Shown: piece by piece, positions 31,147-40,461 of the stretch
Numbering within the stretch: position 1 is the first letter of the stretch
Layout of the letters: each line of letters opens with the position of its first letter
Source of the DNA: an uncultured virus (IMG/VR IMGVR_UViG_3300030098_002069)
Lineage: Duplodnaviria; Heunggongvirae; Uroviricota; Caudoviricetes
IMG/VR virus record: IMGVR_UViG_3300030098_002069
Span: 1 to 64,000 of that record
Reading direction: 5' to 3' (one strand)
DNA length: 64,000 bases
Notes under the pieces: generated by a model
The model's database searches: none
What the model was told of the DNA's origin: nothing
The model's input: the letters and a program-made list of their open reading frames with translations, nothing else
Program-made: the position numbers and the translations under genes

Positions 31147-33356
31147 TAGTTTTCTTCCAGACTTAATATGCGTTCATTCATTTGACGTTGTGGATTATCT
31201 CCAACATCCATCTCATTCTTAGCATTTTTTAGCTCATCGCCTAATCGTGTCTGATATAGTTTAGCTGCCATTTCTACTTTTGCTTCAGCCTTGGCAAGCT
31301 TCTTTTCAAATTCTTTGACCTCAACACGCTTTCTATCGTGTAATGATTCTCTCTGTGCAGTTTGGAGGTCACCTTTAAGCTTCTTGATTTCTTCTTCTTG
31401 CTGTTGTACCTGTCCCTGTAATTGTTGCATTTGCCCTGCTCTTTCAAGGACTCCTTCCATATCTGCAACATCAGTTTGTTTTAGTACTTCTATCTGGTCT
31501 ATAAGACCACTTTGATATAACTGCATATAGTACTCAAATCTCCCCCAGCGATTACTTGGGAGTGTTGAACCTGATAAAACAATAATATCATACTTACCTA
31601 CAGTAATATCATTCATCTTACCAACCACATTTCCTATATCATCATATAGAGGACTATTAACTACTATTTCTTTTGGTTTGTTATTAGGCTGCATCAATCT
31701 CATAACTTTTTGGTCTGTGTATACATATTGTATTAATCCCACAACAACACTACCTAATTGATTTAAACCTTCTTCAATATCATCTCTTTTAGACTTAATA
31801 CGTCTTTGTCCATATTCATCTAATGCAACTGTTCCTTTAAATGTTTGTGGTGCAGCTCCCTGATCCCCTTGCATTAAAGCGTATATTCCCAATATTCGTT
31901 CTATGTCTGCTTTTGCATCAGCTTCATTTTTGTATAATTCGTTTGGCAAGGGTACTGGCGATGCTACAATAGGACTACCTAACTCTGGGTCAAACTCTAT
32001 TACAGCAGTACCTGCTCTTCCCCAGTCCTGTTCTACTTGTGTTTTGTTAACTGCACCACGTGGTATTAAAAGTTTTACATTTGTACTACTAGATGCGTGA
32101 GCTACAATTAATGAACGTATCTTATTAATGTACTCTTGTAGTCCTTTTACCAGTCTAACATCACTAACTGGATAAGGATTTCTATTGAATCCATTCATAA
32201 AGGGTACTATTGGATACTCTTCTACAGGAAGAATCGCTTCATACAGCATCTGATCCCCTATACAAACACATTGTTTTATATTTGTTATCTCAATATTATT
32301 TGCTAAAATCTTTTTATCGTCTATTAAATGTCCCTTTGTAGCAATATCAATATGGGTAGTGCTATTAGGTATACTACCTTCATGCTCTTCACCTCTCATT
32401 GGTATTGGCTGTCCTGTAATTGGGTCTGGCATCATATGAAAAGTATCACCAAACTGCTCATGCATTTGCACATATCCTGTTACAGTAGGTTTGTCTGTAT
32501 AGATGTTTTGTCCATCTGGAGCTGTTATAATTACAATTGGCTCCTGCCTGTACTCTTCAAACTCCTGCATATTGAGAACTTTCTCTTCATTTGCAAAGGG
32601 GTCATATATCTTCATATATGGAATACGTATCTTGGTATATCTGTCAAATAACTCTAGTTCACGGTCACCAGTTATTGTTTCTCCTGATAATCTAGACTTT
32701 ACTGTTACATCTTGACTCTCACGACCATAGCGTGATTCAGATGGAGTATTAATATATTTAGTTTCTGTAGCTTGTCTAATTAATTCCTCATACTCTGGAT
32801 AAGCATCAACAAGCTGGTTCTGGGTAAGAATCTTACCAACTATAATATGACCAGCATCTCTAGCAAATGGGTCTTTTGAACTAGGGTCAAAGTAAACTTC
32901 TAGTGGGTCTATTGATTTTAAACAAACTTCTCCACGACCAAAGTCTTTATCTGGGTCTGTATAAGCTAACATTACCCCCATGCCTTTTACATAATAATCA
33001 TCAATTGCCTGTTTTAATTCCACATTGCCGTTAGAGTGATCCCATATATAAGACATTAAATCAGAGAATACTCTACCAACTTCCGTATCACTTGTTTCTC
33101 TACCTGTCGATTGGAATCTTGGTTTATTAGCAGTTAACATAGCTTTTGCTTGTTCAACTGCAGAATGGACTACATTTACTACAATAGGTTCCTGAGCACG
33201 AGCACGAAGTATCTTCGCCTGTTCTTCAGTCCATTGTTTGCCATTACGGAACTCATTATCCTCTACCGCCTGTTTTGCCCAGTTCTCTCTAGAAGAACTG
33301 TAATCTTTTAAAAGATCATGAGTTAACTGTACTTCTTTGTGTTTCTTATGAGACAA
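31146..33356 (-). CDS. portal protein, P22-like (element B)
   Basis: NGKQWT, PIVVNVV, YPIVPF, KGLQEYINKIRS; C-terminal coiled-coil barrel. Confidence 0.9.
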   Translation of the reverse strand: MSHKKHKEVQLTHDLLKDYSSSRENWAKQAVEDNEFRNGKQWTEEQAKILRARAQEPIVVNVVHSAVEQAKAMLTANKPRFQSTGRETSDTEVGRVFSDLMSYIWDHSNGNVELKQAIDDYYVKGMGVMLAYTDPDKDFGRGEVCLKSIDPLEVYFDPSSKDPFARDAGHIIVGKILTQNQLVDAYPEYEELIRQATETKYINTPSESRYGRESQDVTVKSRLSGETITGDRELELFDRYTKIRIPYMKIYDPFANEEKVLNMQEFEEYRQEPIVIITAPDGQNIYTDKPTVTGYVQMHEQFGDTFHMMPDPITGQPIPMRGEEHEGSIPNSTTHIDIATKGHLIDDKKILANNIEITNIKQCVCIGDQMLYEAILPVEEYPIVPFMNGFNRNPYPVSDVRLVKGLQEYINKIRSLIVAHASSSTNVKLLIPRGAVNKTQVEQDWGRAGTAVIEFDPELGSPIVASPVPLPNELYKNEADAKADIERILGIYALMQGDQGAAPQTFKGTVALDEYGQRRIKSKRDDIEEGLNQLGSVVVGLIQYVYTDQKVMRLMQPNNKPKEIVVNSPLYDDIGNVVGKMNDITVGKYDIIVLSGSTLPSNRWGRFEYYMQLYQSGLIDQIEVLKQTDVADMEGVLERAGQMQQLQGQVQQQEEEIKKLKGDLQTAQRESLHDRKRVEVKEFEKKLAKAEAKVEMAAKLYQTRLGDELKNAKNEMDVGDNPQRQMNERILSLEEN

Positions 33357-33427
33357 TTTGTACGTATATACCAGTTTTATCGATAAACTACATACTTAAA
33401 CTACTACATTAAGTGGAAAGTTCCAAA

Positions 33428-34903
33428 TTAAGCTATTTTCCAACTTATATCGTCTGATTTACGTGAATATTTTAGTTCTCCCTTGTCTTTTTTCTCTTTT
33501 TTGTGAAAAGGTGGATAGCATTTCTTCATTGCATAGTATAATCCATCTAATAAGTCATCATGCTTACCTCTAGGGTATAATAGTAATTCGTCTTTAAGGT
33601 CAAGCATAGATTTTTTCATATATACTTTACCCTGTGCAAAGAAGGGTTCCATTGTCTCTAGTCTGGATGATTTGCTATTTCTAGGTGTTTCTTTTATTTC
33701 TAATCCTGAAATAAATAGATTCTCTTCTTCTGTACGCTGCCTTAGATATTCTCTAAGCATTTCTTGATAGCCTACAGATTCTATACGAACCTTTACTGGT
33801 CTGTATATCTTAAAGTATTCAAGTATACTTTCAGCTAATTTCATGGGAGTTGCTCTTTTGCGGTAATATTCTAGAATATACCTGTTGTTTTTATTATCAA
33901 CTGCTACAGGCATTATAACCGAGTAGTCAGCTGTTTTGCGTATTGAGGATGCAGGATCAACTCCCATAAATACATTTACGGGGATTCTATTTTCCCCGTC
34001 ATCTAAGAAGTGCTGGTGGTCACTATCCATATCTAAAGAATAGTTATGATACTTAATATAAGCTTCTTTAAATAACTGGTCTTCATCACCAACTATCTGG
34101 CACAGGTATTCCCTGTAAAACACACTAACTCGTGCAATAGACTCCAGCTCTTCTTTCTTTTGTTGTAATTTTTTAATAGGTTGCCACTCTTCCCACAATG
34201 CAACGCCCCTATCCATGTCTGGGGCAAAGTGCATATTGTTCCAACCTTTCATTTCTTTTAATACCTCCACCAAGCAGCGTTGATGCTGTGGAGTTCCAAT
34301 AACAATAATCTTTCCTGTTTGCGGGTCTAGTGATGGAACGGCAGACTGCAATAACCATCTAAGATTTTGTTCCATTGCTTCAGCAGTTTTAGTATTGTTC
34401 TCATCCTCTGGGTCATCAACAATAATTAAGGTAGGTCTTTGAGAACCCACTTTAATACCACGTAACTGCTGTCCTGTTCCTTTGCATATAATCATAGAGC
34501 CATCTTTTAGCTCTACCTCTGATTTAGCCCATTGCCTAGCAGAATGTTGTCCCCAGTATCCATACACAGAACGAAACGTCTGGCTGTAATCCAGAGTATC
34601 CTTTATAGTACCCAATAACTTTATAGCATGATCCTGTGTTCTGGATACGAGGACAATCAATTTAGCACCCTCGTGATGCATGATGTGATATAGTGGATAT
34701 ACTCCACCTACTATGGAGGACTTTGCGTGACCACGAGGGGCTATTATGTTCACCTGACGGGAGGAATCGTCAAGGAGAACGTCTGCAATTTGATAATGAA
34801 AATCTGGAGAGGCTGCAGAGAACATACTAGGCATAGCTACCTTGCCGAACATAATCATATTGTTCTTTAATTTATTTATTACCTTTTTTCTATCTTCTTC
34901 CAC
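33428..34903 (-). CDS. terL: terminase large subunit (element B)
   Basis: APRGHAKS, LIIVDDPE, VIGTP, GVDPA, HDDLLDGL. Confidence 0.93.
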   Translation of the reverse strand: MEEDRKKVINKLKNNMIMFGKVAMPSMFSAASPDFHYQIADVLLDDSSRQVNIIAPRGHAKSSIVGGVYPLYHIMHHEGAKLIVLVSRTQDHAIKLLGTIKDTLDYSQTFRSVYGYWGQHSARQWAKSEVELKDGSMIICKGTGQQLRGIKVGSQRPTLIIVDDPEDENNTKTAEAMEQNLRWLLQSAVPSLDPQTGKIIVIGTPQHQRCLVEVLKEMKGWNNMHFAPDMDRGVALWEEWQPIKKLQQKKEELESIARVSVFYREYLCQIVGDEDQLFKEAYIKYHNYSLDMDSDHQHFLDDGENRIPVNVFMGVDPASSIRKTADYSVIMPVAVDNKNNRYILEYYRKRATPMKLAESILEYFKIYRPVKVRIESVGYQEMLREYLRQRTEEENLFISGLEIKETPRNSKSSRLETMEPFFAQGKVYMKKSMLDLKDELLLYPRGKHDDLLDGLYYAMKKCYPPFHKKEKKDKGELKYSRKSDDISWKIA

Positions 34904-35050
34904 GCTTTTTCTTTGGTTTAGGGCATTGGGTTATGTTATGTATCTTTGTCATTTCATAATCGCCAGTTTTCAATCCACAATGTTTATGCTCACCACAATC
35001 AGTAGCATAGGCACATGTTCTTTCTATAAGAGGACAATAAGCAAACAATT

Positions 35051-35239
35051 TTATTCGTCATCATAATTATATAGTATTCCATGCGTTTCCATTTCTTTTA
35101 ATGCGTCTAAAGCTACTCCAGAAAGAAATTCTGGCTCTGCTGTAGGCATTACGGAAATAACATGCAATGCTCTTATGGCAATCTCTAATTGGTCAGATGT
35201 TATGTATTGATCGTTGTGTTCATAGTCATCATGTAGCAT
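35051..35239 (-). CDS. hypothetical protein
   Basis: Short ORF between terS-like gene and terL. Confidence 0.5.
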   Translation of the reverse strand: MLHDDYEHNDQYITSDQLEIAIRALHVISVMPTAEPEFLSGVALDALKEMETHGILYNYDDE

Positions 35240-36008
35240 CTTGTTCGTTTGTTTCCTCTTTTCTTTGTACTAATAGCTTCTTTTCCTCAGTTGCTATAGT
35301 ATCTGCTATTTGCTTTGTCAAATCTATTTGAACTGTATCCGTTGTAATCTTTTTACTAGGCTTCATTTCTAATAAATCCATTATTTGGTCATTTGCCTTT
35401 AAGAAATTGTTTACATCGCCTTTATTTTCTGCCATATGCAAGGCACGTAACAAGTTATCTACGGCAAATTCCTTATTTACGCTCTTTCCAGCTAGTAAAT
35501 CTTTTAATTTTTCTTCTACCATGCGTTTTGCTACCTTTTGTTTTAAAAACCTACGTACTGTTGCTTCAGGTATCTTTTGATCTGGGCGATATATGTTGCC
35601 TAGAGCAGAAAAATCCACCTTATCCCCTGATAATAGCATATTAGCGTAGGCATTTACTGTATTTTTGGCTCTGGTTGTACCAGCTTCCTGTTCTTCCCAG
35701 CCTTTTGCTGGATTTGTCTTAGAATACACATTATATGCGTGATTCGTTTCAAATTTTATAGAAGAAAATGAAGAACACCAGCCAACTCCACACGTTAATT
35801 TTACAAATGTACGTGTATTTCCGTTCCTATCTGTATAATCACTACGTGATATGCATTCTGACACATAGTCATCGTCTGTTATGCCCCAATCACCCGTGTC
35901 ACACTCTTTCCAATAAAGATATTTCAGCTTTTTCTTATCTGCTTCAGCTTTTGTATAGATAGGATACATTGCTGTTTTATTTTTTATTCTTCTTTTAATT
36001 TTTATCAT
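35229..36008 (-). CDS. probable terminase small subunit (element B)
   Basis: Position upstream of terL; helical C-half (RRFLKQK.AK.MVEEKL...ALHMAE.KGD). Confidence 0.55.
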   Translation of the reverse strand: MIKIKRRIKNKTAMYPIYTKAEADKKKLKYLYWKECDTGDWGITDDDYVSECISRSDYTDRNGNTRTFVKLTCGVGWCSSFSSIKFETNHAYNVYSKTNPAKGWEEQEAGTTRAKNTVNAYANMLLSGDKVDFSALGNIYRPDQKIPEATVRRFLKQKVAKRMVEEKLKDLLAGKSVNKEFAVDNLLRALHMAENKGDVNNFLKANDQIMDLLEMKPSKKITTDTVQIDLTKQIADTIATEEKKLLVQRKEETNEQDAT

Positions 36009-36086
36009 AGTACTAGAGTACTAGTTACCTATAGAAGTACTAGTTACCGATACTAGTACTAGTATATTATATATATAACTAGTACT
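36009..36086. repeat. cluster of AGTACTAG repeats and palindromes
   Basis: AGTACTAG at 36009, 36017, 36036, 36055 and inverted at about 36079; AGTACTAGTTACC occurs twice. Confidence 0.75.
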
Positions 36087-36290
36087 TTAATCCATACTCT
36101 CTTTAGGTGCTTCGTAAATACCCATTTTTTGGGATATTATTTTAGTAATGATCTTGTATTCTGCGTCTAATATGTCTGATTGAGAGTCCATGCTGCGTTG
36201 AATCTCTTGAAATTCCTCCTCTGTCATTTCTTTAGGCTCCCACTCACCTGTGAACATATTAAATATCTCGTAGATTCTTTTTGACTTCAT
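36087..36290 (-). CDS. hypothetical protein
   Basis: MKSKRIYEIFNMFTGEWE...; likely start inside ORF 36087-36359. Confidence 0.55.
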   Translation of the reverse strand: MKSKRIYEIFNMFTGEWEPKEMTEEEFQEIQRSMDSQSDILDAEYKIITKIISQKMGIYEAPKESMD

Positions 36291-36470
36291 GCATTGCTTT
36301 AAGTTAAAGGGTATAGGTACTATTATACAAACGATTAAATCAACAAGTTTGTTCCACATACTCTTTTAGAAATTAGTTGTAGAATGCGTGTGAGAGGTTT
36401 CTACGTTACCGTACCCCCTTGTTTCAAGGGTGCAAGGGGCAAACTACGTTGAGTTGAATGAACTCGTTGA

Positions 36471-36518
36471 GTTAAGTTAACTTAGTTGAGGCTTCGCAAG
36501 TTACTAAGTTAACTTAAC
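36471..36518. repeat. 15-bp perfect inverted repeat in the divergent intergenic region
   Basis: GTTAAGTTAACTTAG ... CTAAGTTAACTTAAC. Confidence 0.8.
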
Positions 36519-36714
36519 CCAGTATCATTCACCCGCCCCTGTTGCAGAGGGACACCTGCCCCTGTGCTACGCACAGCCGTGTCCACTCGCAACATAACGT
36601 ATCTATGAGACCTTCAGTCTCTATTAGCTTAGTTCCTAAGCTTCCTCTATCTCTAGTATATTGTAATCCTTACAGTATACGTTGAGTAGTTAACTAAATC
36701 ACAGGAGTAATCTT

Positions 36715-36993
36715 ATGAAATCTTATTTAATAAATATACTTGAAAATGCTATCTATAACGCTTTGGTTAGATACCAGACTCATTGTCTTGATAACATCGG
36801 AGAGGTCTTTGAAAAGACAACAGATGCAATGACTGATTGTTTACCTACCATTATGAAATCCGTTGAAGATATGATTAACTCTTCTAGTTTATCAGAAGAG
36901 GATGTTCCAGAATGGACTATCCCATCAGATCCAGACGCAACGGAAGAGATTGTTAATCATAGTGAAGAGAATGGTGTTCCATTACCTTTCTAG
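36715..36993 (+). CDS. hypothetical early protein
   Basis: AGGAG RBS; first early gene; acidic tail ending LPF. Confidence 0.7.
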   Translation: MKSYLINILENAIYNALVRYQTHCLDNIGEVFEKTTDAMTDCLPTIMKSVEDMINSSSLSEEDVPEWTIPSDPDATEEIVNHSEENGVPLPF

Positions 36994-37071
36994 CCCACCT
37001 AATTTATATACCCCTAGTAGTCTCGCTACTAGGGGTTTTCCTTTATCTCTGATATAAAAAGGAGTAATCAA

Positions 37072-37254
37072 ATGAGAGTATGTCCATTTACTGGAGAACT
37101 ATACCAAGGAGAGATTGTTAAATCAACTTGTGATAGTTGTGATAATTCTACCACTTATGAGGAGTGTGCTTACGGAACAGATGTGTTAGTATTATGCAAA
37201 GAGTGTTCTTCAGACTGTAGCTATACAGCAGAAGATATTGAATCATTAGTCTAA
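37072..37254 (+). CDS. small Cys-rich early protein
   Basis: AAGGAG RBS; CxxC pairs. Confidence 0.65.
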   Translation: MRVCPFTGELYQGEIVKSTCDSCDNSTTYEECAYGTDVLVLCKECSSDCSYTAEDIESLV

Positions 37255-37398
37255 TCATTTGGGTGTTGGGAGCTTTGCTCCTTGCACCCTTTTTACAGGG
37301 GGGCTAGTCACTAACAACAACAACAATTAAAACAACTAGAGAACTACTCGCTACGCTCATAGTTCCTCCTCTATGTATAATAAATAAAGGAGTACAAT

Positions 37399-37617
37399 AT
37401 GTATAGTTTTGAAGAGTTTGTAGATAAATATGGAGAAAAGATAGATATAGAGTTAAGTGAGAATGGTGCTGATAGAGAGATGGATTTTGATAGAGAGAAA
37501 GAATATTTGGTAAGATATGATAGATATTTGATGAAAGATAAATGTTTTGATATATATGATTGGATTGATAAATATGGAGAAGATTTGATAAATGATGTAA
37601 GTAGGATTAATAGTTGA
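37399..37617 (+). CDS. acidic early protein
   Basis: AAGGAG RBS; DKYGE occurs twice. Confidence 0.65.
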   Translation: MYSFEEFVDKYGEKIDIELSENGADREMDFDREKEYLVRYDRYLMKDKCFDIYDWIDKYGEDLINDVSRINS

Positions 37618-37701
37618 AAAATAGCACCTAGTAGCTGATGTATATCTAGCTACTAGGTGCTTCCTTTATTTGTGTTATTAATAACTAACATAGGAGTTCT
37701 T

Positions 37702-37890
37702 ATGAATAAGCATATTCAAAATACTGGATATTTTCTCGTAGGTAGTGCTGTTATTACAGCAATGGCTTGTAAAACTGTCTTCACGTATGCCAAAACAGGT
37801 GTTGAAACCTGTATAGAAGTTGGCAAACGTGCTAATTGCACAGAGCCATTGCATGAGCATCATGACGGATGTCCTGCTTGTGACGTGTAA
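37702..37890 (+). CDS. small early protein
   Basis: AGGAG RBS then MNKHIQ; ends C..PLHEHHDGCPAC. Confidence 0.6.
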   Translation: MNKHIQNTGYFLVGSAVITAMACKTVFTYAKTGVETCIEVGKRANCTEPLHEHHDGCPACDV

Positions 37891-37947
37891 TATGTTAATA
37901 GAGGCTAGTACTAGTACTAGCCTCTTCCTTTATTTCTGATAATGTAA

Positions 37948-38114
37948 ATATTGCCCTAAGATGGTTCATAAGTCTATCTGGTATACAAACCTTCTCGTGT
38001 AGTAATACATAGAGTTGTCCAGATTAGCGGAAGTGTATTACTGCATCACATCAGATTCAGAGTCAATCAGATTCAGAGTCAGATGTTGGGATTAATCAAC
38101 CCATTAGGGCATAT
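37948..38114 (+). ncRNA. candidate structured ncRNA (about 165 nt)
   Basis: No ORF or RBS; terminal stem TGCCCTAA/TTAGGGCA, internal 14-bp stem, between two motif elements. Confidence 0.55.
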
Positions 38115-38190
38115 ATTTATTTAGAGGCTAGAGTTAAAACACTAGCCTCTTCCTTTATCTGTGATAATATTTAACTAATATGGAGGACAT

Positions 38191-38343
38191 ATGTCTAAAG
38201 AAAAGAAAAATAATACTGTAACTAAAGTAATCTCTTCTAATGATAAAATGAAAATGGTTGTTGTTCAAACTACTGTTCCTAATAAAAAGAACCGTAAAGG
38301 GCAACCTTTCAGAACATCTGTGACTAAACACATAAAAAAGTAA
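38191..38343 (+). CDS. small basic early protein (50 aa)
   Basis: GGAGG RBS; MSKEKKNNTVTKVISSNDKMKMVVVQ... Confidence 0.65.
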   Translation: MSKEKKNNTVTKVISSNDKMKMVVVQTTVPNKKNRKGQPFRTSVTKHIKK

Positions 38344-38431
38344 CTAAAAGCTAGAGCTGGTGTATTCCAGCCCTAGCTTTTTCCTTTATTTCTGGTATAT
38401 TTTGTTAACTAGTTAACCATAGGAGTTTGAT

Positions 38432-38572
38432 ATGACTGTTCAGCTACATTCTGTAACAGATAGCTTCTGGAACTTCGTTACGGAGTTTGGTTCTATTATA
38501 TCTATTGATAGAATAGATTACCCTACCCAGATGCTAGCTCACGAAAGAGCACTTGAGAATATAAGAGATTGA
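38432..38572 (+). CDS. small early protein (46 aa)
   Basis: AGGAG RBS; MTVQLHSVTDSFWNF... Confidence 0.55.
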   Translation: MTVQLHSVTDSFWNFVTEFGSIISIDRIDYPTQMLAHERALENIRD

Positions 38573-38768
38573 GATTTCTCATTAATTGCCCCTCGCACAC
38601 AGCGGGGGGTCGTTAAACATTTATAACAAGCTACGGAAAGTTGTTCTTTCCATAATCTCTTCTTCGCAAGATAAGAAGATACAAAACTGGAGGCAGTCTT
38701 AGGACTGCTTCCTTTATTTCTGGTATAGCAACCACGCTATATCAAACCCTAACACAGGAGTTATAGTT

Positions 38769-39095
38769 ATGACTATAAAACTAAAGAAAGCAATTGCTTC
38801 ATATTTTGAGGGACTTACACCATCAAACATCTGGTTTGGTAGAAGTAAGAAAACTGAATCTGGAGACTGGATCAATGAATCTATTAACGTAGAAGATATT
38901 AACACATCTGATGCAGATTGGATAGTTAATATGTTCGTTCGCACTTCCGAGTGTGACGTTGATGAGTTCAATGAGACAGTTGAGGAGCTATCGGAGTTAA
39001 AGTGTCGTTTAGACGCTGATACGGCTCATGAGTGTAAAGACGATGTAGTTCGCTACATGGTTCGGAGACGCTTACCAGCCGTTTCTAATAGCTAG
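38769..39095 (+). CDS. hypothetical early protein
   Basis: AGGAG RBS downstream of a motif copy. Confidence 0.7.
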   Translation: MTIKLKKAIASYFEGLTPSNIWFGRSKKTESGDWINESINVEDINTSDADWIVNMFVRTSECDVDEFNETVEELSELKCRLDADTAHECKDDVVRYMVRRRLPAVSNS

Positions 39096-39460
39096 TTCAG
39101 ACTAGTAATCTTGGGGGCATCATTTATGGTGTCCCCAGACTCATTAAAAGAATGTGAGTCCTTTGGACTCTCGTTAATATAGTTAATTCAACACAACATA
39201 GTTTCCCCCTTTGCTACGGGAACTTAACAACAAGAAAGGATAATCTTTTCGAAGAAGAACTAAAACATCCAACAAGTATAGAGGTACAACAAGTTATTGA
39301 GTGGATCAGTAAGTTAAAGGCTAAAGACGATTATGTAAGAGGATTTGAAGACGCTAGATCAGAGGCTGTTAGTATTCTTATTGGTGCAATACAAGAACTT
39401 GAATACCTTCAAGATGCTGTTTATGATAATGAATTTTTATACTATCTATAGGAGGATATT

Positions 39461-39670
39461 ATGACTAAGTATATTGTATTATTAATAGGTTGCATAGAGT
39501 GTGGTGTCCCATCATACCCTATTGCAGTAACAGAAACAAAAGAACAAGCAGAAATTATTGTGAATCAACAAGAAAGTACATGGGAATTGTACGGTGGAGA
39601 TGGATATTATGACATCTGGGAGGTGAGTCACATACCAAAAGGAAATGAGTTATTAACTAATTCTAGTTAA
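39461..39670 (+). CDS. hypothetical protein
   Basis: AGGAGG RBS; GCIECG. Confidence 0.6.
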   Translation: MTKYIVLLIGCIECGVPSYPIAVTETKEQAEIIVNQQESTWELYGGDGYYDIWEVSHIPKGNELLTNSS

Positions 39671-39697
39671 ACTTCTTCCTCTATTTTTGCATTAAAT

Positions 39698-39924
39698 TTG
39701 TATAGAGTCAATGTGAGTCTGAATAATGTCATAAGCTGGGCATAAAGACCACAATAACTAGACGGACTATGGTGTCTGTAACAAATCATTGATGCTCAAA
39801 TGAGTAAGGTGTGCTAGTTAAGTTGTGAAGAATGGAATAAAAGCTAACAGGCTTAATACCATCATTCTTATGCAGGTGGGTTGACGAACCCAATCGTTAG
39901 AGTCCTGTCATTAACTCTGTACAA
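39698..39924 (+). ncRNA. candidate multi-branched ncRNA (about 227 nt)
   Basis: Near-perfect 16-bp closing stem TTGTATAGAGTCAATG/CATTAACTCTGTACAA with at least 6 internal helices; starts 9 nt after a motif copy. Confidence 0.65.
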
Positions 39925-39940
39925 CTAAAGGAACAATTAA

Positions 39941-40171
39941 ATGAAAGTAAATTACCAATCAAAATATATAGGTATTGATACAATACTTACCTATTTAAAT
40001 AAAGAACTTAAAAGAGTTAGAGCTAAAATAGATGAAATATACGAATTATATCAAAATGACCCAGACACACATGGAGTAGAAGTATATGAATGCGATGATT
40101 ATATTGAATATTGCGGTATATCTCGTTATCTTCATAAACTCATAAAGAAAGTTGAAGAAGGATCTATATGA
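39941..40171 (+). CDS. hypothetical protein
   Basis: AAGGA RBS. Confidence 0.6.
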   Translation: MKVNYQSKYIGIDTILTYLNKELKRVRAKIDEIYELYQNDPDTHGVEVYECDDYIEYCGISRYLHKLIKKVEEGSI

Positions 40172-40461
40172 CTTACAACAAACAAATCATCAAAAGAATC
40201 GAAGAAAGACTTGAGCATGGTAAAAAAGAATATCCTGACGATCTAAATGTTCATGATGGAAGAAACTGGCTCAAAGAAACAGTTGAAGAGCTACTTGATT
40301 CTCTAGTATATGTAACAGCATTTGCTATACAACTAGAAGAAACAACAAGAAGAAAAAACAATCCACATAGATTTTCTTGTGTAAAATGCGGTAACGGATT
40401 TGCACAAGCTAAAGATTCTGAATTATGTATATATTGTTATAAAAAAATATACAATACATAG
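40168..40461 (+). CDS. MazG-like all-alpha protein with C-terminal zinc ribbon
   Basis: RLEHGKKEY...WLKETVEELLDSLVY; CVKC/CIYC. Confidence 0.5.
   Translation: MTYNKQIIKRIEERLEHGKKEYPDDLNVHDGRNWLKETVEELLDSLVYVTAFAIQLEETTRRKNNPHRFSCVKCGNGFAQAKDSELCIYCYKKIYNT

Larger units (their letters stand above)
36626..38728 (+). promoter_or_regulatory. array of 8 hairpin + TTCCTYTATYTSTG elements (further motif copies at 39676, 40933, 43554, 47045)
   Basis: Motif starts at 36642, 37038, 37366 (degenerate), 37661, 37925, 38150, 38381, 38709; each follows a stem-loop and precedes an RBS/ORF or structured RNA. Confidence 0.85.

Noticed and set aside
38191..38343. Ribosomal protein uS17 resemblance (KVISSNDKMKMVVV)
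   Set aside because: Only a few residues match, the protein is 50 aa and lacks the C-terminal half of the OB fold
36626..38728. CRISPR array or integron attC array
   Set aside because: The repeat is only about 14 nt, spacing is irregular at 225-400 nt, spacers are genes, and no cas or integrase gene is in the window
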